The notes under the pieces were generated by a model. That model was not told the origin of the DNA and searched no databases. It saw only the letters and a program-made list of their open reading frames with translations. Below are positions 18,308-26,128 of a stretch of DNA of 32,000 bases, piece by piece (position 1 is the first letter of the stretch; each line of letters starts with the position of its first letter). The position numbers and the translations under genes were made by a program. Source of the stretch: an uncultured Chloroflexia bacterium (GTDB lineage Bacteria > Chloroflexota > Ktedonobacteria > Ktedonobacterales > JADMIN01); NCBI GenBank assembly GCA_963718915.1, contig CAVRAI010000015.1, forward strand, positions 30,001 through 62,000, in the 5' to 3' direction.

Positions 18308-18853
18308 ATGAGCAGCCTGAACACGACACGCGCAGGCGGCAGCGCCACGACACTGCTGGATAGCATCGGCTATAGCGGCGCAGGGAGCGGCAGGACATGC
18401 CACCAGCACCAGCGTGGCTACGACGCCGACAACAACCGCACCACCAAGACCATCACCAGCGGCGGGGTGAGCCATAGCGTCAACGACGTCTATGTGTTTG
18501 GGCATCTGGCCTACGAGACTGATGAGAACGGGACGGTGCTCGCCACTTTCACCTATGACTCGCACGGCGCGCCCGTCAGCGTCCAGGTGGGGAGCGCTCC
18601 CAATACCTCCCCGCGCTACTACTATGTCTATAACGGCCATGGCGATGTCGTTGCCCTCGTTGATGCACAGGGGAATGTGGCTGCCAGCTACGCCTACGAT
18701 GCCTTCGGCCAGTTGACCTCGGCCAGCGAGAACTTCGGCAGCGGCACGACCTGGACGAACCCATATCGCTATGATGGGCGCGATGGTGTGCGCTACGATG
18801 GCGAGACGGCTTGTCTTGGATGAGCGTCCGCGCCTATGATCCCGCGCTCGGAT
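18308..18853 (+). pseudogene. Tip-less orphan Rhs core fragment
   Basis: It encodes DNNRTTKTITSGGVSHSVNDVYVFGHLAYETDENGTVLATFTYDSHGAPVSVQVGS...YYYVYNGHGDVVALVDAQGNVAASYAYDAFGQL...WTNPYRYDGRDGVRYDGET, nearly identical at the protein level to 14090-14525. A 1-nt deletion relative to the other copies (GAGACGG-C, about 18808) shifts the frame. Homology stops at about 18851, before the DPxGQ motif. Confidence 0.8.
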
Positions 18854-19288
18854 AGCCTACTCCACGCCACTCTTGTCGCCCACAATTTGAAGCGCTTTGG
18901 TGGCTATCTGCCGCAGCGGAGCGCGCAGGGCGGCGGGCTGGCGGACGTGTACCAGGAAGTCGAGCGTGAGCAGGTTGTGCGCGATCTACTCCAGTTGCGT
19001 CGCGCCACGGCGAAAGATCACCCCATGCTCCGCTGGCTCCAGTGTAGCCATCATGGCCGGGATAACTTGCCGCGCCCGCTCCATCGTCGTCTGCAGCAGC
19101 GCCTCAACCTGATCGCGTGGCGCCGCGAAGGCGCCCGACCTGCTCGTCGGCGATATCCGCCAGTTCGTCCGCTCGTTGCGCGCGCAGCGGCAGACCGGGT
19201 ACGGTTGGAGATACTGGCTGGGCATGGCGCAATAGCTTGTCCCAGACAGCATCAGGCGATGATGCGTGGACATTATCAGGAGCTTGTC

Positions 19289-20362
19289 ATGACGCCAGCG
19301 GATATCGATTTGCAACGATTGTCTCAGCAGCGGCTCGCAGGCCATCACGTCGCGACGCCGGAGGAGGTGGTCGGCTGGTTCGGCGCGGTCCAGTCGCAGG
19401 AATACCTGGGGGCGATCTGGTCGCTGGGCATGCGCATGGGTGGCGAGACGACCGACGATGTGATCGAGCGCGCTTTCACTGAGGGGACAATCCTGCGCAC
19501 CCATGTCATGCGCCCAACCTGGCATTTCGTGGCCCCCGCCGATATTCGCTGGCTGCTGGCTTTGACCGCGCCGCGCATCAAGGCCACAATGTCCTACTAT
19601 GACCGCCAGCTTGACCTTGACGACACGCTCTATGCCCGCAGCAACGAGGTCATCGCCAGGGCGCTGGAGGGCGGAAAGCATCTGACACGCGCCGAGCTAG
19701 GGAAGGCGCTGGCGGAGGCTAACATCGTCGTAGCGGGGCAGCGGCTGGCCCATATCGTCTCACACGCCGAGCTAGACGCGGTGGTGTGCAGCGGCCCCCG
19801 GCGCGGGAAGCAGTTCACCTACGCGCTGCTGGTGGAGCGCGCACCAACCGCGAGGACGTTGCCCCGCGATGAGGCGCTGGCCGAGCTGACGCAGCGCTAC
19901 TTCACCAGCCACGGCCCAGCGACGGCCCGCGACTTCGCCTGGTGGTCGGGGCTGACGATGGCCGATGCCCAGACGGGCCTGAAGATGGTCGGCTCTGACC
20001 TCACCCACGAGGAGATCGCGGGCCAGACGTACTGGTTCCCGGCATCGCTGTCGCCTGCCCCAGATGCATCTGAGGTGGCTTTCCTGCTGCCGACCTATGA
20101 CGAGTTGCTGGTAGGCTACCATGGTTTCGGCGCGGCGCTGACGGGCGGGAACGGCAACGGCGAGCGGGCGGCATTCAGCGCGACGATGGTGATCAGCGGC
20201 CGGGTCGTCGGCAACTGGCGGCGAACAATCACCAGGGGAGCCGTGGTAATCGAGCTGGCTCCATTCGCGCCGCTGACCGCATCCGAACGCGAGGCCGTCT
20301 CCATCGCCGCTGGGCGCTACGGCGCGTTCCTCGGCTTGCCGGTGGAGTGTGTGGGGCTGTAG
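19289..20362 (+). CDS. Winged-helix DNA-binding domain protein of the AlkZ/YcaQ (DUF1006) type, a putative DNA glycosylase family
   Basis: From ATG 19289: MTPADIDLQRLSQQRLAGHHVATPEEVVGWFGAVQSQEYLGAIWSLGMR...ILRTHVMRPTWHFVAPADIRWLL...RYFTSHGPATARDFAWWSGL...LLPTYDELLVGY. The 150-aa N-terminal extension in the ORF track is Arg-rich and probably not coding. Confidence 0.75.
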   Translation: MTPADIDLQRLSQQRLAGHHVATPEEVVGWFGAVQSQEYLGAIWSLGMRMGGETTDDVIERAFTEGTILRTHVMRPTWHFVAPADIRWLLALTAPRIKATMSYYDRQLDLDDTLYARSNEVIARALEGGKHLTRAELGKALAEANIVVAGQRLAHIVSHAELDAVVCSGPRRGKQFTYALLVERAPTARTLPRDEALAELTQRYFTSHGPATARDFAWWSGLTMADAQTGLKMVGSDLTHEEIAGQTYWFPASLSPAPDASEVAFLLPTYDELLVGYHGFGAALTGGNGNGERAAFSATMVISGRVVGNWRRTITRGAVVIELAPFAPLTASEREAVSIAAGRYGAFLGLPVECVGL

Positions 20363-20413
20363 CTATCTCATCCCGCTGTGTTTCCATGTTATAGTGAAGG
20401 GGCAATCATCCTA

Positions 20414-20426
20414 TCGCATGATGCGA
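20414..20426. promoter_or_regulatory. Palindrome in the antitoxin promoter region (candidate RHH operator)
   Basis: TCGCAT-G-ATGCGA is a perfect palindrome about 33 nt upstream of the GTG start. An extended -10 (TGTTATAGT, 20387-20395) lies just upstream. A 9-bp inverted pair, CTATCTCAT (20363-20371) and ATGAGATAG (20437-20445), brackets the region. Confidence 0.35.
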
Positions 20427-20458
20427 CGACGATTCCATGAGATAGTGAGGAATCACCT

Positions 20459-20731
20459 GTGGCATATCAAATCACACTCTCCGAGGAAGACTACGCAGCG
20501 CTGGCGGCTGCCTCGACGCAGACCGGCGAGCCGATAGAGCAGTTGGTGCATGAGGCGATAGCCGCCCGGTATGAATCCGAGCATCCCATCGGGCGGATGG
20601 AGAAGTATCAATACCCCACCGGGGAGCCTGATTCACCAGAAGAGGAAGAAGAAGACGATGCTCTTGCAACAAGCATTGGCCCAGGTAGACCACTCTCTGA
20701 GATCGTTATAGAAGACCGCGGCCCACGCTGA
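20459..20731 (+). CDS. Ribbon-helix-helix-type antitoxin (VapB-like) with acidic C-terminus
   Basis: The GTG start is preceded by GAGGAA. The N-terminus MAYQITLSEEDYAALAAASTQTGEPIEQLVHEAIAARY looks like an RHH fold. The stop overlaps the ATG of a PIN remnant (TGATG). Confidence 0.6.
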   Translation: MAYQITLSEEDYAALAAASTQTGEPIEQLVHEAIAARYESEHPIGRMEKYQYPTGEPDSPEEEEEDDALATSIGPGRPLSEIVIEDRGPR

Positions 20732-20874
20732 TGGCAACGTATTTTCTCGACACATCAGCGCTCGTCAAGCGCCGCTGCCGCCGAGGGATTGCCATCGAGA
20801 ACCCGAGCGGATCACCCATAGTTTGTGGCGCACACCGTCATCACCGCGTTCACGTGTGGCGTACGAGTACCTGA
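20731..20874 (+). pseudogene. VapC-type PIN toxin remnant with a large internal deletion
   Basis: MATYFLDTSALVKR is the canonical PIN N-terminus with the first acidic residue. It joins directly to a sequence resembling a PIN C-terminus (AAAAEG in one frame, IAIENP in the adjacent frame). Only 47 codons remain, against about 130 expected. Confidence 0.6.
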
Positions 20875-22181
20875 AGGACGCGGCGCCCCTCCACCGCCGC
20901 CACCTCGATCTCCCAGTCCGGCTTCAATTCTATTCGGTCGCCAACGCGCGGCAGCCGACCTAGCCGCAGCATCAGCAGGCCGGGCAGCGTCGTATATTGT
21001 CCGCGTTCCTCGTCGGGTATTTCTGGCAGGCCAATGACCGTGCGCGCGTTCTCGTACGACTCTGACCCCAACACAGCCCAGACGCCATCGGGCCGCTGGC
21101 GGATAGGAGCATCCTCGTCCACGTCGTACTCGTCGTGAATCTCGCCGACAATCTCCTCCAGCACGTCTTCAAGCGTCACCAACCCCGCTACCTGCCCATA
21201 TTCGTCTACGACCAGCGCGAGGTGCGCGCTCTCACGGCGAAACGTCGCCAGCACATCGTCGAGATGTTGTGTCTCCAGCACGAACGACGCCGGACGCATC
21301 ACCGCCTCGATGGATGGCGCGCCGCCCTCGGTAGCGGCAACCTCGCGGGCATGGAGCAGGTCTTTCGCGTGGAGGACTCCAACAACCTGATCGAGCGTCT
21401 CGCGATAGACGGGCAGACGAGTATAGCCGGACTCGAAGCAGACGCGCGCCGCGGCCTCCAGTGACGTGTCATGCGGCAGAGCCACGATATCGCTGCGCGG
21501 TGTCAGAATGTCGCGGGCAACCTTATCGCCAAAGTCGAAGATATGCCGCAGCAGCACCTCTTCCTCGGCGTCGAGCACGCCCGCTTTCCGACTCTGCGCC
21601 ACAATGATTTCCAGCTCTTCGACCGAGTGCGCCGCGGCATGTTCGTCGGGCGAGTCAAACCCCAGCAGCCGGACAATCGAGTTGCCAAGGCCATTCATTA
21701 AGGCAATGAAGGGGCGGAAGACACGCGCAAAAATCAGCAGCGGCGCGGCGACGATAAACGCCACCCGCTCGGTGCGTTGCAAGGCGATAGACTTGGGCAC
21801 CAGCTCGCCCAGCACGATATGGAAGCCAGTTATCAGCACAAAGCTGAGGGCGATGGCGACGGTATTGGCAAGCCCCTCGGCGGTCGAGACGTTGCCGACC
21901 CACTGGAAGAGTGGCTCGATCAGGTGAGAGAGGCTCGGCTCGCCGATCCAGCCGAGGGCAAGGCTGGCGAGCGTGATGCCAAGCTGTGTCGCGGCGATGT
22001 AGCTATCCAGGTGGGCCGTCTGTCGCTGCACGATGCGGGCGAGCGCGTTGCCCTCCATCACCAGCTGCTCGATGCGCGTGACCCGAACCTTGACCAGCGC
22101 GAACTCCGCCGCGACGAAGAAGCCGTTGGCGCCGACCAGCAAGAAGACCGCCAGCACGCCGAGTATTGAGCCAGTATCCAT
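20850..22181 (-). CDS. CNNM/HlyC/CorC-family transporter (DUF21 + CBS pair + CorC_HlyC)
   Basis: Start assigned at MDTGSILGVLAVFLLVGANGFFVAAEFALVKVR, with GGAGG 6 nt upstream. The CBS region is ARDILTPRSDIVALPHD...GYTRLPVYRETLDQVVGVLHAKDLL. The CorC_HlyC C-terminus is YTTLPGLLMLRLGRLPRVGDRIELKPDWEIEVAAVEGRRV. Confidence 0.85.
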   Translation of the reverse strand: MDTGSILGVLAVFLLVGANGFFVAAEFALVKVRVTRIEQLVMEGNALARIVQRQTAHLDSYIAATQLGITLASLALGWIGEPSLSHLIEPLFQWVGNVSTAEGLANTVAIALSFVLITGFHIVLGELVPKSIALQRTERVAFIVAAPLLIFARVFRPFIALMNGLGNSIVRLLGFDSPDEHAAAHSVEELEIIVAQSRKAGVLDAEEEVLLRHIFDFGDKVARDILTPRSDIVALPHDTSLEAAARVCFESGYTRLPVYRETLDQVVGVLHAKDLLHAREVAATEGGAPSIEAVMRPASFVLETQHLDDVLATFRRESAHLALVVDEYGQVAGLVTLEDVLEEIVGEIHDEYDVDEDAPIRQRPDGVWAVLGSESYENARTVIGLPEIPDEERGQYTTLPGLLMLRLGRLPRVGDRIELKPDWEIEVAAVEGRRVLQVLVRHT

Positions 22182-22273
22182 GCTGCCTCCGGTACAGGTA
22201 CGAGAGTTGTGCATGTATGATACCCGCAAATCGCTCAAGAGCACAGTCGTGCCATAGCGCTATGTCTTGTGTG

Positions 22274-22303
22274 TTGACGCACGATGCAGCAGGCATATAG
22301 AAT
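22274..22303 (+). promoter_or_regulatory. Candidate promoter for the TIR-domain gene
   Basis: TTGACG (22274-22279), an 18-nt spacer, then TAGAAT (22298-22303). Confidence 0.4.
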
Positions 22304-22403
22304 GGGAGGCAAGCGAAATGCCTTAGCTGACAGTGGCTCGTGTATTGGGCGATATCGAGCATGTGCGTGTCAACTGAGATGACGATCTTGCGAGGAGGCT
22401 ACC

Positions 22404-23759
22404 ATGCCCGGAGACCTGCCATTCTTGCCGAGTCCGGTCGCTTCCGGGCCATGGCCGACGTTTAGTCTCGATATAGCCACCCGCGAAAGCATTTCCCTCG
22501 GTAAAGGTCCACGGGCTGGAGGCGGAACGTACGTTCTGCCGCAGGGTTCCCCGGTGTCGGGGCCGCCAAACTCGAATCCCGGTGGTGTCTCAGGGCAGGG
22601 CCAGCCCATTCGTGTGGCAGGGCCGGGCGGCCCAATCAACTACCATCCGGCGCCAGTGGCCCGTGCCCCGGTGGGCGAACCAGGTGGAGTCAGGCCGCCC
22701 CAAAAGCCCATCCGAACGGCTGGCCCGCATATGGGTGGTTCGCACACCGGGTCTCCGGGTGCCCCGCCACCTGCGCAATCCGCGCCACCCCCACCGCAGG
22801 ACGCGACGTCTGCCCAGCTCGCGCCCGCATCTGGCGAGGATCAACGCGCTCGCGAAATGCGCGAAATAGCCGAGGATGAGAGGTGGGCGCGTGCAACCAC
22901 GGCAGCAGCGCCGCCGTTCGCGCGAACGCTCCAGTTCACCGCCTACCATCCCAATACCGTCGCCGTCGAGACCTGGAACACGCTGCTCGTCTACACCTAT
23001 GTCACCGAGGCGCTGGCAGACATCCAGGCTGACGCGGGTACCTTCCCAGAACTGGGCAACGCGCCAACCGTGGCCAAAGGGCAATCTTCGCGTGTGGTGG
23101 CGCGTGACGTCGAGTTAACCGTTGAGGCGCACATGGAGGGCGTCACGTTTACCCCGGCGAAAGAAACGTTCACCTTGCGTGAGAACTGGAAGCGCTCGCT
23201 CTTCCGCTTCTCTGGCGAGGCCACACTGGCGGGACGCGAACAGCGCGGCTGGATCGACATCTACGCCGGGCCGATGGTCCCTATCGCCCGCATTGATATT
23301 GCGTTCTCCTTTCGCAAAGGTGGAACGCAACAACTCGCCACCAGCCCGCCACGGGGCATGATCGTCACCAGTAACATCTACGATGTGGCATTCATCTCAT
23401 ACTGCCATCGCGACCGTGAGGCATTCCGCCAGGCATGCGAAGAATACCACCGCTTTGGCATCGCCATCTATACCGACGAGCAACTCGAAGCCGGAGCAAA
23501 CTATGAGGTCGAACTGGCCAGGATGATCGCGGAGGCGAATATCTTCCATCTACTCTGGTCACACGGATCGGCACGATCGATCGAATGTCAGAAGGAGTGG
23601 CTCTCCGCGTTACAGCGTGAACCTACCGAGAGATTCATCAAGCCGTGGTACTGGAAACAGCCGCTGCCGCCACTCCCTGAAGAGTTCAGCCAGCACCGCA
23701 TCTCGTTCAAGTATGAGCCGCTCAAGCGCCGTCTCTTGCGGCCAGCAACCTGGTTCTAA
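22404..23759 (+). CDS. TIR-domain protein with a Pro/Gly-rich N-terminal region and an unassigned beta-rich middle domain
   Basis: ATG 22404 is preceded by GAGGAGG. The C-terminal ~125 aa (from about 23379) read YDVAFISYCHRDREAFRQACEEYHRFGIAIYTDEQLEAGANYEVELARMIAEANIFHLLWSHGSARSIECQKEWLSAL. This is a TIR_2-like pattern (FISY..D, D..l..G, S..S..C..E). Residues ~20-150 are low-complexity P/G-rich. Confidence 0.75.
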   Translation: MPGDLPFLPSPVASGPWPTFSLDIATRESISLGKGPRAGGGTYVLPQGSPVSGPPNSNPGGVSGQGQPIRVAGPGGPINYHPAPVARAPVGEPGGVRPPQKPIRTAGPHMGGSHTGSPGAPPPAQSAPPPPQDATSAQLAPASGEDQRAREMREIAEDERWARATTAAAPPFARTLQFTAYHPNTVAVETWNTLLVYTYVTEALADIQADAGTFPELGNAPTVAKGQSSRVVARDVELTVEAHMEGVTFTPAKETFTLRENWKRSLFRFSGEATLAGREQRGWIDIYAGPMVPIARIDIAFSFRKGGTQQLATSPPRGMIVTSNIYDVAFISYCHRDREAFRQACEEYHRFGIAIYTDEQLEAGANYEVELARMIAEANIFHLLWSHGSARSIECQKEWLSALQREPTERFIKPWYWKQPLPPLPEEFSQHRISFKYEPLKRRLLRPATWF

Positions 23760-23941
23760 CTGGTCTATTTCGTATCCTGAAACACGAAAAACGGGCCGTA
23801 CTCTTCTTCACTAGCGGCGGTACGTTGCGCTTGACGTGACGCATAGTCTGGCGATACGCTCCAGGGGAGGTGTGGATCGCAGTCGGCGGCTTCTCGCGCC
23901 GCGAGCGCCTATCCACGACATTCCTAAATCCAGGAGCAGGC

Positions 23942-24820
23942 ATGAACAACCGCCCAGAGGCGCGATCAATAGGCTGGAATCTTGGCATCGTTAGTGGACT
24001 GTTCGCCGCGCTGCAGGTGCTGATCTCCGCCTCAACCGCGCGCGCCAACATCTCCACCATCGAGAGCATGCGCTGGTCGCTGGCGCGTCTGGAATCGGGT
24101 GGTGGCAATCCCATACCGCTGATTGGCCTGCTCGTCCCTGTGGTGCTCATGACCTATGGCGCGATGATCGTGACTGGCGCGATCTGCCTCGTGCTCTGCT
24201 GGTACGCAGGCCGACTCACCGCGTACGTGAACGGGCGCCGCGGTGGCGGGGCGGGCGCGGGCTTCCGCGTAGCTCTATTGAGTGGCATCATCTGGATCGC
24301 GTTCTCCATCATCATCTCGCTCCTGCTGCACGCCGACGGCACGATTACCGGCGTGGTCGCCTCGACGCACGATGGATCTGCCCTGCCCGCGCAACTGGCC
24401 GGGCTGCTCATTCAGCAACTGATCTTTGGGGCGATTGGCCTGGGGCTGGGCGCGTGGGCTGGCGCGATTGGCTCCAACAGCGCGCCGCTCCCTGAGGCGC
24501 CTCCCACGGCTGCTCCGGCGTACGCGCTGCCCGCCACCTATGGCATGTACCCAGCGTATCCTCCCGTCGCCGGGTATCCCACCTATGGTGGTGGCTATCC
24601 AGTGAGCGTATCGCCCTATCAGGCGCCCGCTCCCTACGCTCCGCCGCAGCCACTCCCGCAGCAGCTGGGCAACACGCCCCCAGCGTATCCCCCACCACCG
24701 GACTACTATCGCATGACCGGAGCGGGCCAGCCGCCCATCGCGCCACAGCCGCCGGCATCATCCAGGCCAGAAGATGCGCCTGCTGCGGATGGGCCTGCCA
24801 ATCAGCCACCTGCCGAATAA
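23942..24820 (+). CDS. Four-TM membrane protein with a Pro/Tyr-rich C-terminal tail
   Basis: ATG 23942 is preceded by AGGAG. Hydrophobic helices are followed by the tail PAYALPATYGMYPAYPPVAGYPTYGGGYPVSVSPYQAPAPYAPPQPLPQQ...PPAYPPPPDYY. Confidence 0.6.
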   Translation: MNNRPEARSIGWNLGIVSGLFAALQVLISASTARANISTIESMRWSLARLESGGGNPIPLIGLLVPVVLMTYGAMIVTGAICLVLCWYAGRLTAYVNGRRGGGAGAGFRVALLSGIIWIAFSIIISLLLHADGTITGVVASTHDGSALPAQLAGLLIQQLIFGAIGLGLGAWAGAIGSNSAPLPEAPPTAAPAYALPATYGMYPAYPPVAGYPTYGGGYPVSVSPYQAPAPYAPPQPLPQQLGNTPPAYPPPPDYYRMTGAGQPPIAPQPPASSRPEDAPAADGPANQPPAE

Positions 24821-24932
24821 CACGCCTTGTCAAACAACGTGCCGTCGGCTAGGATGATGACATAGCGATGTGCGGTAGCGGGCGACACAATACGCGCCCA
24901 ACCACCACACACATTGTCAGGGAGGTCTTTGC

Positions 24933-25682
24933 ATGCAGCCAGTGCAGCCAACCCAAGCACCAACCCAACCAACACAGCCAGCGAAGAAAGTGTCCGCATT
25001 TCGCATTGGGCTGCTGTTCGGGATCATTCTCGCTGTTATCCTGATAGCGCTCGACTTTGCGAGCCTTTTCGTGCCGGACATCTCAACCGTGTTCAGCATT
25101 GTGGGCATCATCGTGGCGCTCGTGGCCTACTTTTTCGCCGGATTCCGCGCCTCATCCCAATCGGGCAAGATCAGCGCCGGTCTGCTGGCGGGCATGTGGA
25201 CGGGTATCGTCGCTCAGGTAATCAGCCGGATAGTCAACGTCGTCACGTTAGCTCTGTCCCCGACGCGCCTTCATCAGTTGACCGATATAGAGAATCGGGC
25301 GTTGAGTAACGCCGGTTCAGCCGTCCACCTGACAGATTCAGACATGCTGGGACTCGTTATCGGCGCCACCGTCGTAGTTATCATCTTCGTCGTCGCGGTG
25401 GCGCTAGGCGTCGGCGCGATTGGCGGCGCGGCGGGCAAGAGTCGCGCGCCGATGTCGCAGCAGGCCTATCAGGAATCATTCTATCAGTCGCCGATGGGCG
25501 GCTATCCGCCACCCCAGCCGGGCTATCCCCAACAGCCGCAGGGCGGCTATCCCGGCTACCCCCCGCAACAACTACCACAACAACTACCACAACAACCACC
25601 ACAACAACCACCGCAGCAGGGCTACCCGCCGCAGCAGGGACAGTATCCCCCCGAATCTGGCGGCTATCCCCCGCAACGATAG
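24933..25682 (+). CDS. Four-TM membrane protein with a Pro/Gln/Gly/Tyr-rich C-terminal tail (same architecture as the preceding gene)
   Basis: ATG 24933 is preceded by GGGAGG. The tail reads GGYPPPQPGYPQQPQGGYPGYPPQQLPQQLPQQPPQQPPQQGYPPQQGQYPPESGGYPPQR. Confidence 0.65.
   Translation: MQPVQPTQAPTQPTQPAKKVSAFRIGLLFGIILAVILIALDFASLFVPDISTVFSIVGIIVALVAYFFAGFRASSQSGKISAGLLAGMWTGIVAQVISRIVNVVTLALSPTRLHQLTDIENRALSNAGSAVHLTDSDMLGLVIGATVVVIIFVVAVALGVGAIGGAAGKSRAPMSQQAYQESFYQSPMGGYPPPQPGYPQQPQGGYPGYPPQQLPQQLPQQPPQQPPQQGYPPQQGQYPPESGGYPPQR
25566..25613. repeat. 12-bp tandem repeat x4 inside the PQ-rich tail
   Basis: CAACAACTACCA occurs twice, followed by CAACAACCACCA twice (the last unit ends in G). 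It encodes QQLPQQLPQQPPQQPP. Confidence 0.85.
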
Positions 25683-25858
25683 GGTTGGCTGGCGAAAAGC
25701 TCATACCGTGCGCCTCTGGATCGATTCTCTTCGGTTCAGCGGCGCATTCGTTTTTGCGCGAGACTACTGCGCAACATTGTATCCATGCTATACTGGTCGC
25801 ACGCAAATATCATGTACCGTTTTTGTTCGCAAACTTGTATGGCAGGGAGACTGAGGCT

Positions 25859-26128
25859 ATGGCCGCTCTTCGTCTATTCATCAGCCACGCGAATGTTGAT
25901 AGCCCGTTTGCAGAGCGTCTCGCCGCAGATTTGCGCGTTGCGGGAGCGGATGTCTGGCTGGACTCCACGCATCTCACTGGTCCAGGCGATTTCGTCGCGC
26001 GTATCAGCCATGCGTTGAACGAGCGCGACGTGCTGGTGCTCGTGCTCTCGCCAGCAGCCATCGCCTCGCAGTGGATGCCCGACGAGATGAACGCCGCCAT
26101 CGTGCGCGCTACAGCAAGTTTCAGGTAG
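25859..26128 (+). pseudogene. TIR-domain gene truncated at the IS630-family element (native coding ends near 26111)
   Basis: MAALRLFISHANVDSPFAERLAADLRVAGADVWLDSTHLTGPGDFVARISHALNERDVLVLVLSPAAIASQWMPDEMNAAIVRA covers only the first ~85 aa of a TIR_2-like domain. The frame then reads into the IS end and stops. An extended -10 (TGCTATACT, about 25786-25794) lies upstream. Confidence 0.65.

Noticed and set aside
18836-19288. 150-aa N-terminal extension of the AlkZ-like ORF (508 aa in the ORF track)
   Set aside because: Family members are about 350-400 aa, and the conserved N-terminus (MTPADIDLQRLSQQRL...) starts at 19289. The extension is Arg-rich and overlaps the Rhs fragment end.
25566-25613. 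Possibility that the short tandem repeats represent a CRISPR-like array
   Set aside because: The units are 12 bp, contiguous without spacers, and in frame within a coding tail. No CRISPR-type repeat-spacer structure exists anywhere in the window.
25381-25806. Minus-strand ORF containing a poly-Val run
   Set aside because: It is the mirror image of the CAA/CAG/CCA tandem repeats that encode the PQ tail on the plus strand.
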